Source of the DNA: Macrostomum lignano
Lineage: Eukaryota
Assembly (NCBI GenBank): GCA_002269645.1
Contig: NIVC01000763.1
Span: 62,001-126,000, forward strand
DNA: 64,000 nt
Direction of reading: 5' to 3'
The notes below the pieces were generated by a model. The model saw only the letters and a list, made by a program, of their open reading frames with translations. It was not told the origin of the DNA and ran no database searches. Shown piece by piece: positions 50,020 to 63,000 of this stretch; positions within the stretch are counted from its first letter, which is position 1; every line of letters starts with the position of its first letter. The position numbers were made by a program, and so were the translations under genes.

Positions 50020-52096
50020 TCTCTAACTATAAAAATCAAAACTCTGTCTGTGTGTCTGTCTGTCTGTCTGTCTGTGTGTCTGTGGACAATTTTGATCGCT
50101 ATGGACTCCCAAACCACTCAACCAACTAACACCAAATTTTACACCCACCCTAAACTCACTACGGAGAATGTCTTAGGCTATCTTTTAATTTCCTAAATTT
50201 GAGTCTTCCTACCTAAAAGTGCAAAAAACTGCTCAAAATTCGCGATTTTTTTACTAAATCCTCCATAGCGCCGCTCCACTTCTACCGATTTATTTCAAAT
50301 TTGACACAGGCAATTTTCAACTATTTTGGCACAATCGTGTAAAATTTCGAGCCTCAAAGTTAATCCTGAGCGGTGCTGTGCACTTTTAAAATTAGGCTGT
50401 TTTTTTAGCGTAGCAACCACCCCAACCTCCGCCCGCCTGCCTCTCTTTCGCGATCTGGGCCCAGATGTGTAAAAGGGGTTTCAAAATTGACTAACTTTCA
50501 GCTGCCATAAGTTTGCTCCACGTAAAGCGATTGACTTCAAACTTGACACAATTCTTCATTAACTCATTCTCTGTCTAAATGTAAAGTTTCAACTCTGTAA
50601 CTCAACCGAAAAAGAAACTGTAGGCATGTGAAGTTTGTCTGCTTTTTCTGTTGTTTGTGGCGCTCAACTCACTCATTCCCGCAGTCCAGACGAAGGGTCA
50701 GGCGATAGGACTGAATGTACATAGCAAATGTACAGTGTTTTGGAATAACTTTTTAATAGCCTTCTCTGTACCCTGAGAGTGGAGAGGCTACGTTTAGCCA
50801 TAACAGTTTAGTGAGAAATTCTAACCACTGCCCTCTGTATAGGCAAACTCTGCAGCAGTTTAACAGTGGATGGCAATTGGCAAATCGAGGCAATCCAGCA
50901 TGGTTTGTAAAAGCGAAATATTTATGAAAAGGCGATGCGATGCAATCAAATACAACCCTACTAAATTAGGCACACCATGGAAATTTTAAGTTTCTCTTAA
51001 AGTACTTTGAAATTTAAATGGCCTAAGAAATGCGTATTTCCTTGGTTGTTAGACTGATGCAGACTGCAGTGGAGCTGAAGATTCACAAATTCCTTTCAGG
51101 GCTGCAAATTGGCAAGAAAGATGACGTGATCAAAGCATGAGAATAACGATGAGAGTACTACGTCCCACAAACTGGCTTTCGAAGCAGGGATCGGCAGACT
51201 TTTACTTCAAAAGCCAGATAAAGAATCCAACTTATGTGCGGGCCAGATGAGAGTGGAAAGGAGAAGGAATAGACTATTAGAAGAGAGGAGAGGCGAGACG
51301 GGGATAAGAGAAAACATGGAAGATAAGAGGAGAGACAAGTGGTGAGGAGAGAGCAGAGAATAAGGGAGGAAGAAGCGAGAGGAGGGGAGAAAGGAGGGAG
51401 AGGAAAGAGTAAAGGTGAGAAGAGGAGAGATATGAGACAGAGGATCGATGAGAGGAGAGTAGAGAAGAGTGAGAAGAGAGTAGAGATGAGAGAGCAGAAA
51501 GAAGATGACAGAGGGTCAAGAGGAGAGGAGAGATTAGAGAGGAGAGAGTAGAAAGGATAGAAAAGAGAGGAGATAAGAGAGGGAGAGAAGGGGTGAGAAG
51601 AGAAGAGATAGAGATAAGATAGGGGTGTAAGAAGAGGGGAGAAAGGAGAGATGAGAGAGTAAAGGGAAGAGGAGGAAAGAGGAAAGAGATGAGATTGTAG
51701 AGATGAGACAGATGAAAGGAGAGATGAGAGAGTAAAGATGAGAGATGAAAAAGGTGAGAGGAGAGTGCAGAGAGACGAGAGAAGATAATAGAGGAGAGAG
51801 AGTATAGAAGAGGGAAGAGAAAAGAAGAGAGGAGGAAGGAAAGAGAGGAGTCAGAAGAGGTGAAAGAGAAGAGCACAGAGGAGATAAGTGAGAGAACGTA
51901 AGAGAGTAAAGATGACAGATGAGATAGCAGAGATGAGGGTGAACAGACGAGAGATGGGAGAGTAGAGAGAACAGAGGAGAGATAAGAGAGAAGAGATTAC
52001 AGTGACTAGAGGAGAGAGGAGAGACAGGGAGAGAGAAGAGGAAATAGGAGAATGAAGAGGGGAGAGAGTAGAGGAGAAGAGAGATGGGAGAGGAGA

Positions 52097-52183
<87 letters not shown>

Positions 52184-52969
52184 GAGAGAGAGCGCAGAGC
52201 AGAGAGAAACGAGAAGAGATAAGAGAGAAAAGATAAAATAAGAGAAAGGAGAGATAAAAACGCAGACAAGAGAGAAGAGAGGTGAGGGAAGAGACGAGTG
52301 ACGAGGGGAGAGAGAAGAGATAAAACAAGAAAAGAGATGAGAGGAAAGAGAGAGAGGAAAGAGGTGAGAGAAGAGACGAGAGAAGAGGGGAGAGAGGAGA
52401 GAGAGAGGAAAGAGGAGAGAGGAGAGAGTTAAGAGAAGAGAGAAAAAGAATAGAGAGGAGAAGGAAGAGACAAGAGAAGAGGGGGAGAGAGGAGAGAGGA
52501 GAGGAGAGAGAAAACGAAAAGTAGAGAGGAGACAGGAGAGAGGAGAGAGGAGAGAAGAGAGAAGAGACAAGAGATAAGAGAGATGAAAGAGAAGAGGGAA
52601 GATATGAGAGAAGAGAGAGGAGAGACGAGGGACGAGAGAGAAGAGAGGAAACAGAAGAGACGATAGAAATTTTAAAGGATCCAAGGGACATAGGGAGAGT
52701 TAGGGAGAGGCCAGAGTTTGCCAATACATGTTTTAGAGTCAGACAGACATTGCCTGACATTCTGTGAAGTAACCCAGCCAACAATATCAATGTTTGCCTC
52801 AAACCCTAATTTTACACGAATGTGCTCCACGTACTTTATGTCTACCTCTATCCTACTAACTATTAACAAGTTTTTGTTTGTGTATGGCCTTAGATTTCAG
52901 AATACATGCATAAGTAGTTCCGAGGATTGGAATTCCCCGGGTTCAAAATCCGCGGGTTTCAACAGCTTG
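50020..52969 (+). mobile_element. Helitron family B, copy 3
   Basis: TCTCTAACTATAAAAATC...CCGCGGGTTTCAACAGCTTG|T. Confidence 0.85.
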
Positions 52970-53783
52970 TACTACATAAACAAGTAAAATATGAACTCTT
53001 AATAATCAATGCCACACTTGCTGATGCCCTGGGCAAAGACACTTCACAACTACTGGTTGATTGCAGAGCCAAGAGCAGGAAGGCTTTCATAGCAGTGACC
53101 ACGAAGTGGCTCTTTCATTTTAGGAAACAACCAGTACTATTCACTGGGGGCCAGGTCAGGAGAATAGGCAGGGTGAGGCAGAAGCTCAAAGCCTAGTCTC
53201 TTGATGCTGTCCAGAGTTGCATTGCAAGTATGTGGCCTGGCATTGTCATGTTGCAGCACTATGCCCCTATAGCGATCATTCCACGGCGCTCACTCTTGAT
53301 CTTTTCATGCAGCCGCTCCATGATTTCACAGTAACACTGAGCATTGATGGTTCTTCCTTCCGGTAGCCATTCAATTAGCAAGATGCCTTCTCTGTCCCAA
53401 AAGACTGTTGCCGTGCGCTTCCCAGCAGACTGTACAGTCTTGGCCTTGACAAGTGAGGCTTTATCATGTGCCTTCCTTGTGCTACTCTGCTGCTTGGTCT
53501 CTGGTTCATGCTCGTAGTAGTGAAACGATGATTCATCACCAGTCACTAGGCGACCAAGAAAGTCAGGCTCGTTTCGATAAGCATTCGGAAGTTGGTTGCA
53601 GATATGGGCTCTCTCCAGCAGCTGGGCCTGTGTCAGGAGTTTGGGGCCCATCGAGCAACAACTCGTGTCATGTTGAGATGATTAGCAATGCTGCGATAAA
53701 TGCTCTTCATGGGTTATCTCCAGTCTATAATCTTCAAGTTGCCGAAGGGTCACGCGACGATCATTGTAACACGATTGCAATGT

Positions 53784-55789
53784 CGAAGAGCGTGCATTAA
53801 ATCCTATAGTCTATGGTCACTCCGCATCTCGCGCCAACGAAAAAGCGTACATTAAATTCTCATTTATTAACGATGTCGTAGTATTTCGCAGAAACGGAAT
53901 ATAGGATTCAATACTTGGTTTTGAGTTCTTAAATGCCAATTGCGTCCCCTGCGCGGCCAGTTTGCGCAAATCGTCCTCCTCCAGGGCTTCAAAATGTTTA
54001 GATCTACCACCTGCATTGATGAAACTACGAGCCAGTGCTTTCAAGGTCGCATTGGCATTAGAGAAACTCTCTGGAAATGATATTCATTCGCCTGGTCTTT
54101 ATCAGATGTCGGTACAATGCCGCTCGCATACAAATCAGAGTAGACGGTGCCAGAAGGTTGCCGTCACGCTTCCTGAAGGTTCCATAGAACAACTGTAGTG
54201 CAGAAGCAATGGCCTCAGCGGAATCGGTTTGCAGATCGACACGGGCCTGAAAAGTTACGACGTTCAAAAGCAACACAAGCATTGACGAAAAGACCTAGAA
54301 AATCTGAATTCAAAGTGTACAGCAATCAACCTCGGGATGTTCATCCATGAACATTTTCAGTTTTTTTACATAACATTCGGTTTGCTGTCAGCTAGTGGCG
54401 TTCTCTGCTGAGCGTTCTAACTCGAAAATCGCAGCCTCCAGCCTGTTTAAATCAGGCTCGGTGCTCATCAGCTCCTCCAGCATGGCGTCATTGATATCTT
54501 CGGGCAAAGCATAGTTGTTGTCCAGCGGTCCATTATCAAGCTCCTCCTGCATCCGATCGCGAGCATGTTGTTCGAGTGTTTTATCCAACCTGACAGAGTA
54601 CAGGCCGCTAACCATCTCGTTGGGAAATCTTTTGTAATCGATCATATGAATGATTTTAGACTGTAGCTCCATAATTTGACTCTTGGGTTTGACCACAGAT
54701 TCTATAAACACTAGATGGCTCACTCTCCATTCCTTCAGTGGAGGCCAAATTCTCACTGTCTATGGTTGGAATCCCTCGCTCGCGAGACTTATAAGAACAG
54801 CTGTCTGCCATACACTTAATTAAGCTAAACAGACCTCGATTTCCTCAATAAAAACCAGAGTTTGACACAAAGCAGTTTTTCAACAGTGGAAGCATAGTTA
54901 GATGCATTGTTTCGAGCATGTTATTAGCGTACTAAACTCCTGTAAGTACTCATCGTTGCTTCATAGTTGTGCACTTCTTCCTACCCACTCGTATCTCTGT
55001 TTTCACTTTTTTTGAATAATGGGTGTCACTTTCTTACTGCATACGCTGTTGCGAGTTGCCAGGGCAAATTATGAACTTTATTTGTTCAATGCTTAATGTT
55101 TTCGCCTCGAAAGTGCCGAAATTTCGCTATAAATTTTGATTCAACAAATTTGGAGGCTTCCAGTTTTACCCAGCCACCTCCACAAATGATGGCACCAGGT
55201 TGTGAAAATCTGAAGGCAGTAGGATTTTCCAATCAGAATTTATGCGACAATTATCGGCACTTTAAAACAAAGGCATATCGTAAAGAAGTCTCTTAAAGTG
55301 CCGAAATTGTGGTATAACGTGTGACAAGCAGGTCCTATTGACGTCAGCTTTTCACAGTATGCTGCTTTTATCTAAACGAAGGACAGTGTGAAATTTGAGA
55401 CATTTTCGATTTTTCTATCAAACGTTATGGCAAAAAGTTCGGCAATTTTGAGGTAAATGCCTCGCTTTCACTTCCCATAGCTAGAAGAATAGAACAAAGT
55501 AGAAGAGTTTAGAACACATTAAAAGCCTGTGTTTAACACTAGGGCTAAAAATAGCGATTCCAACCATAGACGATCTGTTTGGGAGCAAGATTTTTCGCTG
55601 AGTGAGCCATCTAGTGTTTATAGAATCTGTGGGTTTGACTTGACTTGATTTTCTGTTCCCTGGTCACTCAATATAACACGAAAAAGCGTGCATTAAATGC
55701 ATAGTCTATGGTCGAGACCCCAGAATTGAATCGCTGTTACAATACTACTCAATACTTCGTTTTGAGTGCTTAAATGTCTAGGTCACGAG
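53784..55789 (-). mobile_element. Crypton-like (tyrosine recombinase) insert with a broken recombinase N-terminal region (~53817-54757)
   Basis: ELERSAENAT..., LQLFYGTFRKRDGNLLAPSTLICMRAALYRHL...IISREF...HFEALEEDDLRKL resembles the Crypton/DUF3504-associated core-binding region. No TIRs; flanked by TGT on both sides; catalytic R-H-R-Y region not found. Confidence 0.65.
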
Positions 55790-57094
55790 TGTGCGAAGCA
55801 CGCGCTGGATGTTTTTATCCGAGATAGACGTTGGTGGAGCACCTGAGCGAGAAGCATCATCTACAGTCTCCCAGCTAGCCTCGAAGCGCTGGACCCACTT
55901 TGATACAGTTCGTTTGGATGGTGCATGTTCGCGCCAAATATTTGTTGCATTTCACGAAGGAAGTCGATCTGCTTCTTTTGTTGTTTCCACAGTGGCCAAA
56001 TGATAGTACGCTTTGAAAATCCACTTTTCTCCATGGTGGCTTAAGATGGTGGTATGAAAGATACAGGATTTTCTGTCTTATATTAAAGCTAGAATAAAGA
56101 TTTTCCATAGACAACTGTCATGAGCCTTAGAGCCCTAGACTAAAATATCAACTCAAATATAGAAATAAGGGAGAAACTAGAGATATTTTTGAGCAGATGT
56201 ATGACACGACTCTCGTAGGTTAATTCTAATAATGGAGTTTGATAAGCTCCAAAGTATTAAACAGTTGTAAGCGCATGTCTGGCAGAGTCATTCAGTGCAT
56301 TCAAATCTTCAGCATACTTCTGAGAAAGGAAAATTGCCACTTTTTTAAAGTTCACATGAGGCTACTACAAAAACTATTGCATTAAAAAGTTATGACATTC
56401 AAATGAGCTGTGGAGACTATTCATCAGCTTTTAAAATGGAATCAATATTATCAAAATCAGTTGGAGCAAACTGAATTTATATTTAAGCATGCCCAGCTTC
56501 TTACTATGAGTAGTTTAGCCTACAGTTCTAATAACATTCTCTGATTATTTAAACTATAGATATTGTGAAGCCGAACTCACTAATACTCGTACCTTAGAAT
56601 TAGATTGTTGGCCAAGCTAATCCTTGTATATTTTGTTCATTGTCTTCGCGGAGTTCTTTGCGGATAGAATTTCTCTATGCTCTATAATCAAGCCAATAGG
56701 ATTTGGTTGGGGATTTTGGGTAGAAAATTTGCGTCGGGTGTGGAGCTTTGAGAATCGGCACACTTGTCAGGAGAGAACCTACACTGAAGCTCTACTACAT
56801 ACTGGTATAGATTCTAGATTTTTTGGGGGTGAAGGGACTTAGGAAATGTCATATTCAAGCCTCAGCTAGCGCACGCACTGGGTACGCCAGTATTTTATTT
56901 TCATTACTCAATGCCAGCCCTCCTCTTTGCCACGCGTTCACTCTACTGTACGGATCCTTTTTGTGACACTCACCCTCACCGTCTGTTAATATTGCAGATC
57001 TAGCATTGGCACTGACTGTATTATAAATTTTATTCAAGCACTGCTGACCCAACGCAAATTTTGCAAAATCTAGACGAGTTAATTTGATAACATC

Positions 57095-60000
57095 ATGTGT
57101 GGTAAGTTGGTTATAATACGTTTCCTAATGTCATGTCACAACATTTAAGTCCTCTCCCCAAGGACCCTCCAGGTCACGCAGCAGCTCAGTCTTCCAGAAT
57201 CTCAAAGTCACGTCACAGTGCAGTCTGTCTTCCTGAATCTCAAGGTCACGTCACAGTAGTCTTCTATAATCTCAAGGTCACGTCAAAGTAGTCTGTCTTC
57301 CAGAATCTTAAGGTCATGTCACAGTAAAGTCTGTCTTCAAGAATCTCAAGGTCACATCACAGTACAGTCTGTCTTCTTGAATCTCAAGGTCACATCATAG
57401 TACAGTCTGTCTTCAAGAATCTCAAGGTCACATCACAGTACAGTCTGTCTTCAAGAATCCCAAGGTCACATCACAGTACAGTCTGTCTTCAAGAATCTCA
57501 AGGTCACATCACGGTACAGTCTGTCTTCAAGAATCTCAAGGTCACATCACGGTACAGTCTGTCTTCAAGAATCTCAAGGTCACATCACGGTACAGTCTGT
57601 CTTCAAGAATCAGTCTTATTCTAACCTGTAAGAATGCCTACAGTTTAACCTATTAATAACAATGCTATTCGTCAACATCACAGGAATATTTGCCTACTTA
57701 AACTACCTGAGCCCGGCAACACGCGAGGCTGTACTGAAGATCCTCATCAACGGTCTGAAACGGCTGGAATATCGAGGCTATGACTCGGCCGGGGTTGGCG
57801 TAGATGGAGACGAGCCGAAAAGTGTGGTGGTGTTTCGCGAAAAGGTTCGAATAGGTGCAATCTAACTGAACTAACTTGGCCTTTTCGACATGGTTACGTA
57901 AATTTAGATTTAATAAATAATAATAATAGTTGATTACACCTGCCTCAATTGGGCAGATGTGCAACCGACAGCTCAGCCGCAGCTATTGCGCGGCGCATCT
58001 GAAGGCTGCGTACGGCTGTTCAGTCCATGGGCTGGGGGGTCGCCACACACCCTCAGATACCCCAGCTAATGCTGGCACCCATTTTACAGCTGGGTGAACT
58101 GAAGCAATGCAGACTTAAGTGGTCTTGCTCAAGGACACAAATTGTACCAGTAGGATTGGGAATCGAACCCCCGACCTTCAAGTCGCGAGTCCGACGCTCT
58201 AGCCACTAGGCTACAGCCCCTGCTAGATTTAAAAGATTTTAGAACCCACTTGTACACACGCTCACGCCATGGGATAATTCGCATTTTATCACCATTTGTT
58301 GCCTTCAAATGTCTGCTTTCACTTAGGGCAAGGTGGCCAACTTAGAAGAGGAGGTGCAGCGCTGCACCCTGAACATGGCCAAGCAGCTGGAGACCCACGT
58401 GGGAATCGCGCACACCCGCTGGGCCACCCACGGACCTCCCTGCCGGGTCAACGCCCACCCTCAGCGATCCGACGAGGCCAACACCTTCCTGCTGGTGCAC
58501 AATGGCATCATCACCAACTATAAGGACATCAAAGAGCTTCTGACCGCTCGCGGTTTCACTTTTGAAAGCGAAACTGACACAGAAGTGATTGTTAAACTGA
58601 TTAAGCACCTGAGCGACACTTATCCCGATATGGGATTTCGCGAACTAGTTGAAACCGCCGTGCAACAGATTGTAAGTCTATTACTCGTAGTTTATTAGTT
58701 AATCTGACTACTGCTAGTAAAAAGTAGTGTTTGAATAAATCAGTACTGTGCTCTCCCTGCGACTTGCTTAGGCCTTAGGCTTCATCTTGGCAACCACCTC
58801 CAACCTAGCAACTAACATTCACCTTAGCATCCAGCCCAAATCTTCATGTAAATACCAATTTTACCCTAGCAACCAAAATTTATCCTAGCAATTGAAATTC
58901 CCCTTATCAACCAGCCCTAACCTAGTAATTAAGCTTACCCTAGCAACCAGCTTAAACCTAGCAACCAACCACAGTCTACATGTAGCAATCAACCTTAACC
59001 TAGCAACCGACATTCGCCTTAGCAACCAGCTCCAACCTAGTAATCAACCTTAACCTAGCAACCGACATTCACCTTAGCAACCATCTCCAACCTAGTAATC
59101 AACCTTACCCTAGCAACCGACATTCACCTTAGCAACCATCTCCAACCTAGTAATCAACCTTACCCTAGCAACTGAAATTCACCCTAGCAACCAACATTCC
59201 CTTAGCAACCCACCCCGATACCTTAGCAACCAAAATTCCGCTAGCAACCCAGCCAAATCCCAATCCGCTCTCCTCCCAACCGATCGCAGGAGGGCGCATT
59301 CGCCACGGTGGTGAAGTCCAGCAAATTTCCTGGCGAAGTTGTGGCCACCAGACGCGGCTCGCCCCTGGTGATTGGCATTAAAAGCAGCACCAGGCTGACC
59401 ACGGATCACATCCCGATCTTCTTCTCCAAAGGTAAGCGGCAATTAACCAAACAAGTCTTCTTTAGTCTCTCTATAGAGTGCTAGAGGGCGAGGCCCTCTA
59501 AACTTAATACAATAAAAGCAATGCCTCTTCTCTCTTTGCGTCATTATAAAATTTCGTGTACTGCCTTTGCCAAGCTTTTCATTCCCAGATTTGCTGTTTT
59601 AATTGAGAAAAGGAGAAAAAAGTTACAAAAATCTTGTGCGCCCTACTAACAGTAGCTTTTCTCATGTGAAAATCGAAAAAAATATGAAAAGTAAACAACA
59701 TTGCGCAGGTAGCGGAACCGAATCGCGCAGTGACAGTGCGGAGTTTGTGAAAGGTTGCTCTCTCTCTCTCTCTCTCTATTCCGCCTGTACATGTACTCGT
59801 AGCTCGAACTATCGTCAAATCGCAGTGTTTGGGTTCCGGCTTAATACCTTTTTTGTTTTTTATTCTTATTCCCACACCACTAATCGACTATATTTATTAC
59901 TAGTCTTGATTTTTTGCCTGTTATAGGGAGTTCAATTTTTGCATTTTGGATTGCTAATCTAGCCAGCATCACTGATGAAGGAATAGAATGGATTGCTAAT

Positions 60001-63000
60001 GTAGCCAGCATCACTGATGAAGGAATAGAATGGATTGCTAATGTAGCCAGCATCACTGATGAAGGAATAGAATGGATTGCTAATCTAGCCAGCATCACTG
60101 ATGAAGGAATAGAATGGATTGCTAATCTAGCCAGCATCACTGATGAAGGAATAGAATGGATTGCTAATCTAGCCAGCATCACTGATGAAGGAATAGAATG
60201 GATTGCTAATCTAGCCAACATCACTAATGAAGGAATAGAATGGATTGCTAATCTAGCCAGCATCCCTGATGAAGCAATAGAATGGATTGCTAATGTAGCC
60301 AGCATCACTGATGAAGGAATAGAATGGATTGCTAATCTAGCCAGCATCACTGATGAAGGAATAGAATGGATTGCTAATCTAGCCAGCATCACTGATGAAG
60401 GAATAGAATGGATTGCTAATCTAGCCAGCATCACTGATGAAGGAATAGAATGGATTGCTAATCTAGCCAACATCACTGATGAAGGAATAGAATGGATTGC
60501 TAATCTAGCCAGCATCACTGATGAAGGAATAGAATGGATTGCTAATCTAGCCAGCATCACTGATGAAGGAATAGAATGGATTGCTAATCTAGCCAGCATC
60601 ACTGATGAAGGAATAGAATGGATTGCTAATCTAGCCAACATCACTGATGAAGGAATAGAATGGATTGCTAATCTAGCCAGCATCACTGATGAAGGAATAG
60701 AATGGATTGCTAATCTAGCCAGCATCACTGATGAAGGAATAGAATGGATTGCTAATCTAGCCAGCATCACTGATGAAGGAATAGAATGGATTGCTAATCT
60801 AGCCAGCATCACTGATGAAGGAATAGAATGGATTGCTAATCTAGCCAGCATCACTGATGAAGGAATAGAATGGATTGCTAATCTAGCCAACATCACTGAT
60901 GAAGGAATAGAATGGATTGCTAATCTAGCCAGCATCACTGATGAAGGAATAGAATGGATTGCTAATCTAGCCTGCATCACTGATGAAGGAATAGAATGGA
61001 TTGCTAATCTAGCCAGCATCACTGATGAAGGAATAGAATGGATTGCTAATCTAGCCAGCATCACTGATGAAGGAATAGAATGGATTGCTAATCTAGCCAG
61101 CATCACTGATGAAGGAATAGAATGGATTGCTAATCTAGCCAGCATCACTGATGAAGGAATAGAATGGATTGCTAATCTAGCCAACATCACTGATGAAGGA
61201 ATAGAATGGATTGCTAATCTAGCCAGCATCACTGATGAAGGAATAGAACGGATTGCTAATCTAGCCAGCATCACTGATGAAGGAATAGAATGGATTGCTA
61301 ATCTAGCCAGCATCACTGATGAAGGAATAGAATGGATTGCTAATCTAGCCAGCATCACTGATGAAGGAATAGAATGGATTGCTAATCTAGCCAGCATCAC
61401 TGATGAAGGAATAGAATGGATTGCTAATCTAGCCAACATCACTGATGAAGGAATAGAATGGATTGCTAATCTAGCCAGCATCACTGATGAAGGAATAGAA
61501 TGGATTGCTAATCTAGCCTGCATCACTGATGAAGGAATAGAATGGATTGCTAATCTAGCCAGCATCACTGATGAAGGAATAGAATGGATTGCTAATCTAG
61601 CCAGCATCACTGATGAAGGAATAGAATGGATTGCTAATCTAGCCAGCATCACTGATGAAGGAATAGAATGGATTGCTAATCTAGCCAACATCACTGATGA
61701 AGGAATAGAATGGATTGCTAATCTAGCCAGCATCACTGATGAAGGAATAGAATGGATTGCTAATCTAGCCAGCATCACTGATGAAGGAATAGAATGGATT
61801 GCTAATCTAGCCAACATCACTGATGAAGGAATAGAATGGATTGCTAATCTAGCCAGCATCACTGATGAAGGAATAGAATGGATTGCTAATCTAGCCAGCA
61901 TCACTGATGAAGGAATAGAATGGATTGCTAATCTAGCCAGCATCACTGATGAAGGAATAGAATGGATTGCTAATCTAGCCAGCATCACTGATGAAGGAAT
62001 AGAATGGATTGCTAATCTAGCCAGCATCACTGATGAAGGAATAGAATGGATTGCTAATGTAGCCAACATCACTGATGAAGGAATAGAATGGATTGCTAAT
62101 CTAGCCAACATCACTGATGAAGGAATAGAATGGATTGCTAATCTAGCCAGCATCACTGATGAAGGAATAGAATGGATTGCTAATCTAGCCAGCATCACTG
62201 ATGAAGGAATAGAATGGATTGCTAATCTAGCCAGCATCACTGATGAAGGAATAGAATGGATTGCTAATCTAGCCAACATCACTGATGAAGGAATAGAATG
62301 GATTGCTAATCTAGCCAGCATCACTGATGAAGGAATAGAATGGATTGCTAATCTAGCCAGCATCACTGATGAAGGAATAGAATGGATTGCTAATCTAGCC
62401 AGCATCACTGATGAAGGAATAGAATGGATTGCTAATGTAGCCAACATCACTGATGAAGGAATAGAATGGATTGCTAATCTAGCCAACATCACTGATGAAG
62501 GAATAGAATGGATTGCTAATCTAGCCAGCATCACTGATGAAGGAATAGAATGGATTGCTAATCTAGCCAGCATCACTGATGAAGGAATAGAATGGATTGC
62601 TAATCTAGCCAGCATCACTGATGAAGGAATAGAATGGATTGCTAATCTAGCCAACATCACTGATGAAGGAATAGAATGGATTGCTAATCTAGCCAGCATC
62701 ACTGATGAAGGAATAGAATGGATTGCTAATCTAGCCAGCATCACTGATGAAGGAATAGAATGGATTGCTAATCTAGCCAGCATCACTGATGAAGGAATAG
62801 AATGGATTGCTAATCTAGCCAGCATCACTGATGAAGGAATAGAATGGATTGCTAATCAAGCCAGCATCACTGATGAAGGAATAGAATGGATTGCTAATCT
62901 AGCCAGCATCACTGATGAAGGAATAGAATGGATTGCTAATCTAGCCAGCATCACTGATGAAGGAATAGGTTGCTTAATTAGCAGTGATAAGTAATTAAAA

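Larger units (their letters stand above)
47476..56215 (-). mobile_element. Mariner-family element in three pieces (56215-55793, 53783-52970, 47505-47476), interrupted by two insertions
   Basis: TIRs TA-CGAGAGTCGTGTCAT and TA-CAAGGGTTGTGTCAT. N-terminal HTH (PSKRTVSKWVQRF...DDASRSGAP), MTRVVARWAP, LVTGDES, LQHDNARPH and PHPAYSPDLAPSEY. Rejoined length is about 1.27 kb. Confidence 0.85.

Noticed and set aside
59947-62968. Hammerhead ribozyme in the 42-bp repeat (contains CTGATGA)
   Set aside because: No stem II and no GAAA/stem III follow the CUGAUGA box.
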